Source: Octopus vulgaris
Lineage: Eukaryota
DNA: 64,000 nt
Direction of reading: 5' to 3'
NCBI GenBank assembly: GCA_951406725.2
Contig: OX597820.1
Span: forward strand, 56,792,001 to 56,856,000
The position numbers and the translations under genes are program-made. The first letter of the stretch is position 1. Each line of letters begins with the position of its first letter. Of this stretch, positions 43,950-59,132 are shown piece after piece. The notes under the pieces are model-generated. The model ran no database searches. It worked only from the letters and a program-made list of their open reading frames with translations, and was not told the origin of the DNA.

Positions 43950-44590
43950 ACATCCTTGCTGCATATAAAATGTGTGGTGAAAGGGAAGAGGCTGTCCTGC
44001 ATAAAGTCTCTGAATAGGAAAAGTTTGCTCAGAGGTTTATAAGAATTGGAGACATGACAAAGTTCCTATAATGTAGAAGTTTGGACTTGAGAATGGTGGA
44101 AAGTGTCATGACTTTGAAGCAGAACATATTCTTGAAACAGTTATGGATATGAAGCTGCACGTGCATAGACAAACTGAACATTTGCATTCAGATATTATAC
44201 TACTCAATAAAGAGGAAAGAGCATGCTGCTTGCTAATTTGATACAAAAATGGGACACAAAAATAACGACGTGAGAAAAGAGGAGAAAAACAGAAGTAAAT
44301 AAAGACATAAAATACGAAATTTATAGAAGTTGGAATTACCGTAAATTTACTGTCACCCTAATGAGAAATAACTCTTTAAAAGCAGTGGAAAAAAGTTTAA
44401 CTAATTGGTTGAAAATGTCAAATACTGAGGTCAAGTTTCTAATTAAAAGAATAAAATTATTGCTTGATTAGCAGAGCGAAATCCACAAGAAAGATAAAGA
44501 CACTTTGCGGATGTAGCTGGGTAGCTGGTAATCCAAGGCAAACTACGATATCATGAATGAATACTAGATGCGTATATACAATAGTGGATT
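43950..44590 (+). pseudogene. R4/Dong-like LINE C-terminal remnant (CCHC and restriction-like endonuclease)
   Basis: KMCGEREEAVLHKVSE(C)...YKNWRHDKV...HSDIILLNKEERAC, with many lesions. Confidence 0.65.
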
Positions 44591-44825
44591 TGTTACGTTA
44601 CAAAAATCCTTGGAAAAGTGAGTGGTCACCGTAAACCTCCATCATTCCTTTTATATAAATGCAGGGCTTCGTGCGTTTGGGAGAAGTTATGTTACGGATA
44701 CTACTTAACCTCAGGCCTTAGCTAATAGACCAGACCTATGAACAAAATCATTCCAGCCGATGTATTCCGTCTATTCTTTCCAGACACACACATCATATAC
44801 TCTGCTCTCTCACACTACGTAGTAC

Positions 44826-44899
<74 letters not shown>

Positions 44900-45609
44900 A
44901 TATATATATATATATATATCTGTCTGTCTATCTGTCTGCCTACTATGCACATACACAGATATGTATATATATGTATGTGTGCCCATGGGACTACATTATC
45001 CAAAGAATCTTTGCCTTTTTTAGGATAGTAGGGCATAATTAGAGCGAGGTATTTGACCGCTATTTCTAGCAGGCTGTCTGACCACATATTATGTGGGATT
45101 CGCATTAAAGTATGTTTGCTGACCAGTAGATAAATTTATTGTATCCACATATAAACTCGTGTTTACCATTTTGCTTTAATAGCTATTTCCCCTTAGACAC
45201 TAGCTGGACGTTATGTCTATGAAATTAGCAGTTTTACATTTAACTGTACTAATATATCATACTCCCGGATCCTTAAAATGATTTAATGAACATCCTAGAA
45301 GCAATGTCAATAGATCGGCCATATTCCTAAATGTGAAAGCTACATTATTTCGATTGAAATCTACATCTTCTTGACAGTGTATAGTGAAACGTCGTTCTTG
45401 TATGCGAAGAATGACATTGCCAACTCGTATATCACTGTCCGTTGCTATTGTAAGTAAACAAATATATAACCTCTTTGGTTGGGTTCTTTCCTCTTTGGAC
45501 GCGTTTTAAATCGAAAGGAAGGTATTTCTGCTGCAGGCATAATCGTTCTGTAGAGATAACATCAATGCTTCATACTCTACCGATGTATAAATGAATGTAT
45601 GCATATATG

Positions 45610-45716
<107 letters not shown>

Positions 45717-45768
45717 GTATATATGTATATATGTATATATGTATATATCTATATCTATCTATCTATTA

Positions 45769-45824
<56 letters not shown>

Positions 45825-45825
<1 letters not shown>

Positions 45826-46226
45826 TGTCGTATTTTTGCCATTTCAATATGGCTAACCCCTAAGGGTGGATGCTACTGTAGTTTTTAGCCCCAGGAGGAC
45901 ACACTCCTCCAGCTGGCCATAGACACACTTTCTGTGTCCTGTCAGTATTTGCAAAGGGAAGTCATCCTTCCCGTCTTCAACTTATGATACACACGGACTC
46001 GAGTTTCGAGGTATTGACCTCTCGTCAGCGTGTGACAATCATAGTTGTCGCCGAGAATTAGATTTCCTTCACAAATACTTATACTTTTTCCAGCGTCCAC
46101 TGTCGCTGATATTGAAAAAGTGAAATCAAACAATGATAAATATCAATGTGAGTTATATACAGTAGCGGTAACACAACGTGTCGTATTTTTGCCATTTCAT
46201 TTTGCCATACCTCGAAACTCGAGTCC
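45825..46226 (-). mobile_element. Retrozyme-like 353-nt unit with hammerhead, terminal redundancy and inverted 5' stub
   Basis: 22-nt direct repeat at 45825-45846 and 46178-46199; HHR at 45990-46034; inverted HHR fragment at 46207-46226. Confidence 0.75.
45990..46034 (-). ncRNA. Type I hammerhead ribozyme with canonical core
   Basis: Minus strand: CACACG-CTGACGA-GAGGT-caat-ACCTC-GAAA-CTCGAG-TC-CGTGTG; 6-bp stem I, 5-bp stem II, palindromic stem III, GUC cleavage triplet. Confidence 0.9.
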
Positions 46227-46296
46227 AAAGCCTTGTGAGTGGATTTGGTATACAGAATCTGAAAGAAGCCCATCGTATATACACACACACACGCAC

Positions 46297-46335
<39 letters not shown>

Positions 46336-46555
46336 CATGTGTCTGTGTTTGTCCCCCATGCCATCGTCTGACAAACGATGTTGGTGTGTTTACGTCCCCG
46401 TAACTTAGCGGTTCGGCTAAACAAATCGATAGAATAAGTACCAAGCTTAAAAAGAATAAGTCCTGGGGTTGTTCGACTAAAATCCATTAAGGTGTTGCTC
46501 CAGCATGACCACAGTCAAATGACAAAAACAAGTAAAAGAATAAAGGAATAAAAGG
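46225..46555 (+). mobile_element. 5'-truncated SINE family A
   Basis: ccaaagccttgtgagtggatttgg...acaagtaaaagaataaa. Confidence 0.85.
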
Positions 46556-46629
46556 TTCTATATAAATATATATATATTTGCGCTGACGACGGATATACAT
46601 ATATATATATACACACACATAAACATTCC

Positions 46630-47850
46630 TGTTTATCGTAAGCAGAGATAATGCGTTCAAAGCAGAAGCAATGTTCCGTCACTGAGTTTTTTATGAAGAA
46701 GCTTACTCCGGTATCTTTGGACTGCTGCGAAATGACACCACTATAAAGAGCAGTGTGCATAGATGGATGAAGAAAATTAAAGAAGGGTAAAAGGGCATTG
46801 AAGACAAAACATGCGGTGGGGAACCACTAGCTTCGACCACCAAGACAGAACCCTTGCGAATGGACCTACCAATTTGCGTGGACAAACGAGTCATGATCCG
46901 AGAGCTGGCTGTCCAAGTAGACTGTGGTCACAATGCATTACAAAAAATGGTGGAAGAATGGTATCTGAAGGTGCGTGCAAAATGGGTACCTCGGCAGTTG
47001 ACACTCAATTTAAAGAAGAGAGAACCTCTTTGAAGGGAATTCAAAAGAAAGAAGTCTGCTTTGATCTGCTCTAAGACTACTTTAGAGGAGATTTAAAGGA
47101 GAGATTTGCTTTGATCTGCCCGAAGATTCTGAAGCCGATAAAGATATAATTTTTTTTTTCTTTTTTGTCCCGGTCTAGTGACAAGAGATGAAACGTGGCC
47201 ATATGTGTATGATCCAAAAACGAAGGGTCAGTCTACTGAATGGTGCCATACCTCTTCTCCAAGACTCTTCTTCAAGTTTCAAAAGCTAGCAATCATTTCA
47301 ATATGTCCTGGTGAGAGATATTGGGGGTACTGCAAGGGCGTCACTCCCCTTTGATTTTCTGCAACTTAACTGTACCGGAAACAGCGAGCAGTACATTGAA
47401 GCATAAAAGAAGCCATTACGAGGAAAAGAGCAAACAAGAATGTCAAAGCGATCCATGTTGAGCGTGACAATGTACGAACACACGCATTTTTATCAACAAA
47501 TAAAGTAGTAGGAAAACTGGGCAGGTCACTGCTCTTCCATTCACCATTCAAACCGGATATGGCTTCTTCCAATTTGTACTTGTTCGATATAATGTAGTGC
47601 GGTCTTCCGGGACAAAAATTTCGTGACGCAGACGAGGTGAGAGTGGTTCTGAAGAAGAGGGTGAAACGGTTCACACCTGAAGTTTTTCAAAGACGAATCA
47701 AAAGCCAGGTTCAAGGTCGCCACAGATACATCGCATGTGTTGGAGATAGTGTCGATTGTTAACTTTGTCCTCTCTAGATATGTGTAGTTTAAGAGACTCA
47801 TGTTAGTTTATAAATAAGTTGCGCCCACTTATGTATTACTTTCAGTAGAA
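46630..47850 (+). pseudogene. Old, degenerate mariner transposase (irritans-like); TIRs not resolved
   Basis: KQKQCSVTEFF, KWVPRQLT, VTRDETWPYVYDPKTKGQSTEW and HSPFKPDMASSNLYLF. Confidence 0.75.
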
Positions 47851-48035
47851 CTTTTCTTTTTATACCTACATACATGCATACATACTTACATACATGCATG
47901 CATACATACGTATACGCACACACAAACACACACACACACACAATATCATTTTGTATATTTTATCTAATGTGGATATACGAGACGCTTTCTCGAGACAATA
48001 CCACATTTGTTTGGCCTTCTGCCGTATATGCAAGA

Positions 48036-48418
48036 CTAGCAGTATCGCCCGGCGTTGCTCAGGTTTGTAAGGGAAATAACTATAAAGCATTTTTAGAGAG
48101 TTATAGGCAAAAAATAGCAAAAAAATGGAAAAAAATGATGGTAAATTTTTTTGAGAGTAAAAAAAGGTGGAGTTGCGTCCCCTAGACAGTTTGCGGTTTG
48201 TGTTTCTGATTCTCGACCCCATGTCGAATTTATCGATTTTTTTCAGAACTGAGGGAACTTTTCAAAATTTTTGATGTGTTAGTTTTGAATTATGACATTG
48301 GGCTATGTGTGTGTCAAGTTTCATCAGAATCGGTTGAAAGCCGTGGTCAGGGTGAGGGTACAAGCAAACAGACACACAGAAACACGCACAGACAAACTGC
48401 CGTTTATATAGAGAGAGA
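48036..48418 (-). mobile_element. Non-autonomous Helitron
   Basis: Same 3' hairpin plus CTAG|T terminus as 28373 and 30594; A|TC 5' end at 48418. Confidence 0.7.
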
Positions 48419-48522
48419 TATACAGATTGTTATTTTGAACCAGTACGGCTTCCGTAGCTAATGACGAATATGTGTCTATGTGTGTGTGTGTGTGTGCTTA
48501 TGCATGTATGTATGTATGTATG

Positions 48523-48553
<31 letters not shown>

Positions 48554-49256
48554 GCATGTATGTATGTATACATGTATGTATGTATGTATGTATGTATGTA
48601 TTTACATATTTCAGAAATTTCTCTTTGCTACGATATATGTCGTTAAACATATGACAGCATTATCTATTAACTAGATACCTCGTGAATTTTTCTCAATCAC
48701 TAATAACATCAGTACGGTTAGTTACTTCTCTTACACAGCAATCGTCGAAACCCGACCGGCGTGCAAACATAAGCTGAATAGTAGATATGGAGTTAATTAC
48801 TGTACAGTATATACGTTCATAATGAATCGGCGCGGTTAGATGCAAGATAAAGCAGACAATTCTTAATGAAAGAAGCTATTATAAAGGAAACTTAATTAAA
48901 GTAATTACTGGAGACGATGTAAGATTTTATTGAACTAGATAATTGTCTACTGAATATCAGTCTATGTTTAATTATAAGTAAAACTTCTGTAGTATGTCTA
49001 AAACATTTGATAGTAAATTTTTTGCACGTTTTATTTGTGTTCGCTATTAATATACATTCTTATCTTTCGAGAAATGCATTCGACATCGTTAAATGTGGTG
49101 TAAGTAACACCCATGTGCGTGAAAAATGTTGGTTAAATGTAATTAGTAATTAGGATTACTGTATTTGATTAAGTTTTTCAATTATTTTTTTTTGTCTCTT
49201 TTAAATTTAGTGGAGTGACAGAAAAATGAGTGCCACAACTGATGAAAAATTATGCA

Positions 49257-49287
<31 letters not shown>

Positions 49288-49327
49288 CGTACATACATAC
49301 ACGTACGACACACACACACACACACAT

Positions 49328-49389
<62 letters not shown>

Positions 49390-49467
49390 CATGCATACAG
49401 ACACACATATATATATACATGCATACATACAAACAGACATACATACATATATATATACATACATACA

Positions 49468-50183
<716 letters not shown>

Positions 50184-50193
50184 ATACATATAT

Positions 50194-50321
<128 letters not shown>

Positions 50322-50899
50322 TTATATATATATATATATAATTTTGCCTCTCTACATTTTGAGTTTAAATATCATTGGAACCATATATGGCTTCACTTTC
50401 CCTGTGGTTGTTGTTGAAAATAGTTCAGGTGCCACTGAGGCCGATCTTGCATTTCATTATTTCGGGATCGATAAGATAAAGTAACAGTTGAACACTGTGG
50501 TTGATGGAATCGACTTACCCCTCACCTCAAATTTCAGGCCTTACGTCTATAGAAGAAAGAGTTATTGTTGAAAAGGTTCATTCCTTCATCTAACACACCG
50601 GGCCTTTCAAACTTTCCAGTTTTGATTTTGCTTTCATTTTCAGCCATAATGCATTTAGGATTACATTACTCAATGCGTATTTCTTTTCTTTTTTTTTTTT
50701 TTTAGTTTGGTAGGGTATAATTTCAGGGAAATAAGAATTGGTGATAATTTCTACTGTAACAAATGATCACGTAGAAGATCGCGTGCCTTTTCAGCGTTCA
50801 GAGATTAAATTTTCTCTCGCGCCCTAGTATTCATTGTAGCTGGTTTCCCGGTTTATATGGCGCGTGTCACCCCGCTGATGAGGACGCCAGTCCGTTGCA

Positions 50900-51370
50900 G
50901 GGATCAAGGCCAGAAACTTTTGAGTGGAGGGTGTAAGCCGATTACATTGACCTAAATACTTGTCTGATACTTAATTTTATCGATTCTGGAAGAATGAAAA
51001 GCAAAGCTGACTTCAGCTTGATTTGAACACAGAACGTACAGAACCGGAAAAAATGTTGCTAAGCATTTTGTCCGAAATACTAACGATTTTACCAGCTCGC
51101 AGACCTGATAAGCTAATTACCAGATATATAAACCTTTTCTAGTAAAGGCACACGGCCTGAAATTTTGAGGGAGGAGGCTAGTCGATTACTAGCCCAGTGG
51201 CTCAACAGGTACTTATTTCATCGACCCTGAAAGGATGAAAGGCAAAGTTAACCTCAGCAGGATTTGAACACAGAACATAAAAAAAACGGAAGAAATGCCA
51301 CTAAGCATTTCGTCCAATATAATAACGATTCGGCTTGCTCGCCGACCTGATAAGCTGAATACAGATACAT
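50900..51370 (-). mobile_element. Two tandem SINE family B copies
   Basis: Each unit is followed by gacctgataagct...agata(t/c)ataa. Confidence 0.8.
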
Positions 51371-51530
51371 AATGAAGTCGTTCAAATTGATTATACGCTT
51401 CTCTTAAAATTTTTCAGCTTTAAGGCAATATATTGTTTTAGTTATAAGTGGAGCAGAGTAAATGGTGAGTTTGTGGCTATTTCATTTGCCACTGATGAGC
51501 TGTGGCTGTTTCATTCTAATAACATCATTA

Positions 51531-51691
51531 GTGTGGTAAGTAGCTTGCTTACCAACCACCACATGGTTCCGGGTTCAGTACCACTGCGTGGCACCTTGGG
51601 CAAGTGTCTTCTACTATAACCTCGGGTCGACCAAAACCTTGTGAGTGGATTTGGTAGACGGAAACTGAAAGAAGACCGTTGTATATATGTG

Positions 51692-51745
<54 letters not shown>

Positions 51746-51948
51746 TGTATGTGTGTGTATGTGTTTGTCCCCCCACCATCGCTTGACAACCGATGCTGAT
51801 GTGTTTACGTCCCCGTAACTTAGCGAATCAGCAAAAGAGACCGATAGAATAAGTACTAGGCTTATAAAGGATAAGTCCTGGGGGTCGATTCATTCGACTA
51901 AAGGCGGTGCTCCAGCATGGCCACAGTCAAATGACTGAAACAAGTAAT
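51531..51948 (+). mobile_element. SINE family A, near full length
   Basis: High similarity to 20605-21010. Confidence 0.9.
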
Positions 51949-53081
51949 AGAACGCTGGTGAAACTGTAAATCTCGCACATCCCGTTCCGCTCTCGTAATC
52001 CAAAATATAGTCTGCCTGTTGAAAATCTGAAGCCAACGGCACAAATGTTTATCATCTGCCATATGGATGTGTGGTTTAGAAGCTTGCACTGTATTACATA
52101 TGTGACACTCCTGGCCTAAATATATTTTTGTATGACGACTCAACTCCCAGAGTTGACATTAATATTTCTCGCAGTCCTTGCTTTCCTAAAATTTTGCCCC
52201 CTTGTATTCCACCCTAGTCTATATTTTTCATGATTTCAGTTGAATATCAGCTACACCAATCTCGCCAGTCTTGGAATGCTTGCATACGTCTTGAGTACTG
52301 CTCTGTTCTCTCAAGACTAACTCATAAATTGATAATTTTAGTAGCTTGTAAATCATCTGTAAATTCCTGATAACAGACGTATGTCCACTATTAGTATATA
52401 ATTATTTTACTGGTGTATTCTTATCGATAATTATTGATTTCTAATATGTCAATATTTATTGGTACGTATCGATAAATAGGTTCTATAGATTAAATTTCGG
52501 TTTCGGATTCTTAAGACGTGTTTCCCTCTCTTAGAGTTATAGAATTTCTTCTTCTCTCATTTCCATTACAATTTGAATTGTATCAAAATGTCCAAGTTAT
52601 GAAGAAAAGATTGAATATATTAGCTTTGTTTTAGTTTCATTGTTATCATTGTACCAGGTCGAACGGAAAGCTTTTAGTCTCGACTTTACACAAGGAAAAA
52701 AGAAAGAAGAAAAAAGCAAAAATTTAAAATGTTTTGATTACAATCTAATATTATTGATATTAAAATTCATTGATGGTTAACCTTCAATAACAATTATATC
52801 GCAGAAGAGTCAGTTTAAACATTTAAGAACACACAAAAACTCTTACTGCAGTTTTCGTTGATATCTTAACATTTTTGCCTATTATGAAGTGTGATGAAAC
52901 TTTTTCACACTTTAAAATAGACAGTGCGGCCAAGAAATAAGCGAAAAGTAAATCTAACTGATTTAGTTGTATTTTTGACATTCTCGCAAAGTAATTTCAG
53001 CTTTGACACACGTTATCACATCAAGCCACTTAACTAACAAATACAACTCTGAAATAACTTAATAATTTTATTATTAAAAAA

Positions 53082-53300
53082 AGGCGGCAAGCTGGTAGAA
53101 TCGTTACCGCGCCGGGCAACAGGCTTAGCGACATTTCGTCCGTCTTTACAATCTGGGTGTCAAATTCCACGGTAGTCGACTTAGCCCTTCATCCCTTTTC
53201 GGGGGTCGATAAAACACTTGCCTGTTAACCAGTGGGGACGATGTAATCAATTACTCCCTCCACCAAAACTGCTGGTCTCGTGCCAAATATAAGAAACCAA
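53082..53300 (+). mobile_element. SINE family B
   Basis: aggcggcaagctggtagaatcg...tcaaattcc...cggggtcgataaa; taattttattatta-like flanks on both sides. Confidence 0.8.
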
Positions 53301-55086
53301 TAATTTTATTATTAAATTAAAACTTGGAACCTGTCTATTAGAAGAAAATTAAAAGTGCATATGATATCTTTGAAATTAAACTTAGCGTAGGATTAAATTA
53401 GGGATTTACAGTACCGAGACAATATTGCAGATTTTAGTTGCATGACTATCAAATCGAAGCCATGACTTGACTGGTTTATCGACCTCTGAAGAAAGAACGA
53501 TAAAGCAGACCCAAGTGAATACAGAAAATCGTAAAATAAAAGCAGTCCTAAACAAGATTTTCCAGTGCTTTATCAATTCTGCCGTTCACCGACCATATTG
53601 GGGTATACTTTAAAAAATGAGCTCTGCATACAGGACGAAACATCGCTGTTGTCAGCTTGCAATAAGGCCTCACAAACATTTTTATGCTCGATAGTCGTAA
53701 GTCGTAATTGAAAAAAAATACAAGCAAGCCAGCAACTGTCTTCATAACAAGATTAACACAATTTCAAAATGTACGACGAATAAAGAAATCTTCAACGGCA
53801 GATAGCTGCGATGAGAATTCGTAGTTTGTAAAGATTTAAGTAAGGGAAAATTACTCTACTAGATATTTGTATTTTGTACACTGTATATCCACAAAGAAGC
53901 TGTGTTTATGTGTAAAGTGTTCGTCAAAAATAAAACTTGCATAAGAATAATTGTCTCCTTTAATTGTGCTAACGCTTCGCTGCTTACTCACAAACAAAAT
54001 GTCGATACTGAGATATACTCGACATAGATATCAATTTTGTAATTTTGAGGTGGGGGTGTGGGTAGCTCGATTACATTGGTCCTTTATATTTCATTGGTAG
54101 TTTATTTCATTGTCCCCCAACGGGGAAAAAAGGTAAACGATAACCTCAGCAGGATTTGAATTCCGAACGGAAAGTGCTGGATGTACTAACGAGTCTGTCA
54201 GTCCGCCACCTTATAGTTGTAGTTTACTGAAATATATTTTTGAGCTTAAAAAATACATATAGTGTTAATGCGAGATGGAACCAAACATCTTGACAGCAAG
54301 GCACGGATTTCATACTTACCAGTATCTCATTATAGAAAAATGCAACAAAAAATAAAACGAAACAAACAAACATCTTGAATTAGAGATCACTTGACGTCAG
54401 TCATTGTGTTATCAAAAATAAATAGCTTTTAGCTATTTAGAGAAAATGGACTAGCTAGACAAGGCTGTGTTAATTTACATATTGCTATTTGTTAAAAGAA
54501 GCGTTAAGAAATAACTAATACACCGTGAAGAACTGTTTCGAAATTACTAATAAGCACAGGGAAATCTAAACAATTCGATATACTGAAGAATATTTTGTGT
54601 TTAAAATGTATATGCTGCTGTTCGGTCTCGCCTCAGTCCTGATTGAACAAATCTATGTTTAGTTGTACTTCTAACCGTTATCATCCCATCGTTTTTCTCA
54701 AGACATTTCTCAAGGCATCTCAATTTTAAAGACGCTTGGCTGCGATCTGAGTGAGATTTCGCTGCTGTTTCTTAGAGTTTAAGTGATAACGTAGAGGTTA
54801 GTCTAATCTAAGACATTTATTTTCTATAAAACTTGCAGCTATAATTTGTTGGCAGCAAAATGATCTGAACGGAATAAATTCTGAAATAGTCCGAAATTGC
54901 TATTATTTCGTGCTATCGAGACGTGCTAACAAGTACATATATACATACATACATACATACATACATACATACATACATACATACATACATACCCACTTAT
55001 GTAGGCACACAGACACACACTCACATATATATAAGCATATATGAATATATGATTGAATACATGTGTGTGTATGTATACACACACAC

Positions 55087-55149
<63 letters not shown>

Positions 55150-56223
55150 GCATATGTGTGAGTATGTATGAATATACATTATTTACATTATTTACCTTTG
55201 ACGGATATTTGTCCTCATCTTGTTTGTTGTTATCACAACGTTTCGGCTGATATACGCTGATATACGGAGTGCGGCTTATAAGATGGTATATATATATATA
55301 TATATATATATAAGGCTACTAAACTGTGTATTTTGCTGATGAGCTATATAATACTATGTGTCTCTATTGAAATAATACAAGATTCAAACCGAAGCTGTGT
55401 AAACATGTAAACAAATACTCTAACACACTAAATATTTGTTGCGTAATCCTCTTCAGAGGTAAGAAAGTGTACATTGCCTTCGAATACGTTCCGAATAATG
55501 TTAACACCTGTGTCAGGTCATTGAAACTTTTTCTACCATCAAATAAATATGTAATCTAGAAACTTATTTACGCGTGTCTGTGATTTTGTTCATAAATTTA
55601 CAACAGCTTTAGTTAAATCTTGTAATTTTCAATATAAAGTTATGTCTCTTGAGTAGATAGTTTGCGGGTGGTTGCTGCTGATGGGACGATGTCCTCCATA
55701 CTGGCAGATTGAGAGGCTACTCCTTCTGTTTACGTTTTTAGTGTTCCCTATCTTGTGAGATTTGAATGTACACAACGACAAATGTTATGATTCTGCATTG
55801 CATTTAACTGAGAAAAGACATTAATGTCGTGGCTGTGCTAAAGACTGCAGACCATTATCTGGACTAAAAGGTCGTCATCGCTTTGCAGGTCATTAACCAG
55901 CAGTGGTCACACTCGCTTCCTAGTAAATTATATCATATATGTACGTATTTATATCTAACTGACCTTCTCCTATACACGCACATGTAATAAAGAAATGATT
56001 GACTGAGGCATACATATACAAACACACACACAAACACACATACACATATTCACTTAGATAGACAGATGAATAGATAGATAGACAGATTGATAGAAAGATA
56101 GTTAGATATGAAGGTAGATAGATAGACAGACAGCTAGTGACATAGACAACTAAGGTGCACAGACAAGGAGACAGAGAGACAGACACACATACATATATGT
56201 CTCTCTGTCTATCAGTGTCTTTC

Positions 56224-56305
<82 letters not shown>

Positions 56306-57347
56306 TTATTTATCTATCTATGAAGCTAACTGAATATATATATATGTATGTGTGTATGTATATATATATATACAAGTGTGTGTATGCATGTATGCATATG
56401 TATGTCTCCCCAATTACTGTACACATATAAGTATGTTATGTACATCTGTGTGCGTGTGTTTCCGTTATGCTATTCGGAGTCAATCAATTTTTTATTGCTT
56501 TCAATACCGTGATACTGTACATATCATCCATAATGCACTTTGCTTAAGTTCCTCATAAATATCAAATACCATAATTTAGGTTGTTTTCAAAGCGTGACTA
56601 GAATGTACGATATATTTTTGCATTGTAGATAGTATTCTTTGAATTATTTCTCATAGATGAAATTACTTTATTTTTGTTCTGAGGAAATGTATTCTGCTTT
56701 GATAAAAATTAAAGTCAAAGTCTCTTATAGTAACTTGGTACATTGTCTTAAAAATCACTACCATTTATTTGTTTTATATTTTTGTTTCTATTGTGTATTT
56801 TTAATTTGTTATAGGTTGTGTGCTTCACAATATTCTTAAACAGAGGATAGTTAAAAGGAAGAACAAAGAAGAAAGAAAAAATCAATGAACTCGATTTCAA
56901 TAAGTTCTTTTCTTTGTTGTTGTTGTTGTTGTTCTTGATGTTCTTGTCCTGCAAAGTAATTTTTTTTTTTCGTGCACTAAATCACGAATTTTGATCGAAG
57001 TATCTATTTGTGTTGGTTACATCTACACAGTATAACTTTATATTGGATGATTTGCTGTGACTATTTCAGTTCTTTACTTTTCTCAATTGAAACTCTGCTT
57101 GGACGAATCTACATTATATTTTTATTTCTCTGTTGCAATTTGATCAAAATAAGTTGCAGTAAATATACTGGATCCATTCAATAGACGGCATTCTTTCTTC
57201 TAAATATTTAGGCTTGTGGCCATGTCAGTACAGACAATAAAGTTTAAACTTACTGGGAACCATTCGAATTATGAACAGAATTTTTTCCCGCTCTCTTTTT
57301 CTCCTTTTTTTTTCACCAGCCGTCTTTATATAAATTGGTCTTTCTGA

Positions 57348-57418
<71 letters not shown>

Positions 57419-57679
57419 GCGTTTTCTTCGAGTACAAAGTAAAGAGCTCATATGTATAATAGACTAAATGTCATCGTTAGCGCTGACTACTTTCTATTAC
57501 AACTTCTTCCGGAGAAGCGATCGGTAGAAGACATAACAACAAAGAATTTTTTTTCGCCAATATGATATTCATAGAACGAGCTTTAGCGTTTACTAGTGTG
57601 AAAGAACATGAAAGAACATGTTCTAAAATTACAGTTGGTCTGATTTGCGTAAATTCTGTAAATCTCTTTTTTTTTTTAC

Positions 57680-57891
57680 TTCTTTTTTTACTTCTTTCAA
57701 TCATTTGACTGCAGCCATGCTGGAGCACCGCTTTTAGTCGAGCAAATCGACCCATGACTTATTCTTTGTAAGCCTAGTACTTATTCTATCGGTCTCTTTT
57801 GCCGATCCGCTAAGTTGCGGGGACGTAAACACACCGGCATCGGTTGTCAAGCGATGTTGGGGAGAGAAACACAGACACGCAAACATAATAT

Positions 57892-57961
<70 letters not shown>

Positions 57962-58107
57962 GACGGGCTTCTTTCAGTTTCCGTCTACTAAATCTATTCA
58001 CAAGGCTATAGTAGGAGACACTTGCCTAAGGTGCCATGCAGTGGGACTGAACCAAGAACCATGTAGCTGGTAAGCAAGCTACTTACCACACAGCCACTCC
58101 TGCGCCT
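57680..58107 (-). mobile_element. SINE family A, full length
   Basis: Matches 871-1314. Confidence 0.9.
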
Positions 58108-58670
58108 ACATCAACCAGGTTCCATTTCGTTGTGATATTTTTCCAAGGTGAATATTTTTTCGTGATGGTTTTTGGATAGAATGTATACCATCCATTCTAT
58201 TCACAAACCTTAGCTCCGTCACATCTACTCGCACTGGGTATTAATCCTGTTTCTCTTTCATATCCAAAAAACTTGAGAGCCATTTGCGCAGCGTCTCTAC
58301 AGTGCAGAGAACGTTAAGAGAACGAGGCAAGAATATCAAAATGAGACAGACTAGCAAATCCCTCGCGAGTATTAAAAGAAAATAGTTAGTGTAAAGATAG
58401 TATAGTTGTAGTTGTTCTTGATTAGGTGTGTTGTCTACGGGGATGAGATGGAGGAAAGAAGAGCGTGTGGAGTTGTTGGCTAAAAACCTAGGAATATTCT
58501 CCGGTGGCTTCGATATTGCTCCGCTCCACTGGAGTGATCGATATTGTTGGAAGGTTATCAAATTAAGTCGAAAACTGGTGAAGAGAACGTCTCCCAGTGA
58601 CGGCTGTATCTAGAACACACACACATTCATGCACATATATTATACACACATGCATATATACAAACACACA

Positions 58671-58716
<46 letters not shown>

Positions 58717-59036
58717 TATCTCCTTGCCTATGTTTTACATCGCTACACGTGCTGTTTCATTCACATTTCTTAGTTACCATTGCTTTCTTCCCCTATCTAC
58801 ACGTGTCCAGGTCACCAACTTTACTTTTCCTGCCCATTCTGCGGACCACTAAATAAGATAACAACAACATATTTGGGTCGATTTTGTTGCGTAGATTTCA
58901 AAGTCGCGGTGCAATTCCAAATCCAACAAAAGCAAAAGCGAGTTCATTGATGATTATCAGATAGATTTAATAAGAATGAAAAAAAAAATGAATCTTACCA
59001 TTTCGGTGACATCATTGTGCAGAATTTTCAAGTAAT

Positions 59037-59132
59037 AAGGTAACAATTTTTACGAAGTTTCGGCCTCCTCACCGTCGTCAGACTGTTTGATGACAGTGGG
59101 CAAGCCGAAACTGCGAAGTCACTGTCAACCTT
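59037..59132. ncRNA. Back-to-back pair of hammerhead motifs forming an imperfect palindrome
   Basis: Minus: CTGACGA-c-GGT-gaggag-GCC-GAAA-C-ttc-GTA. Plus: TTGATGA-c-aGT-gggcaa-GCC-GAAA-CT-gcga-AG-TC. Confidence 0.6.

Noticed and set aside
50872-50900. CTGATGA-GGAC-gcca-GTCC, which looks like half a hammerhead
   Set aside because: It is followed by GTTG rather than GAAA, and it matches the reverse complement of the SINE family C internal motif gactggcgtcc.
51490-51515. CTGATGA motif
   Set aside because: No stem II or GAAA downstream.
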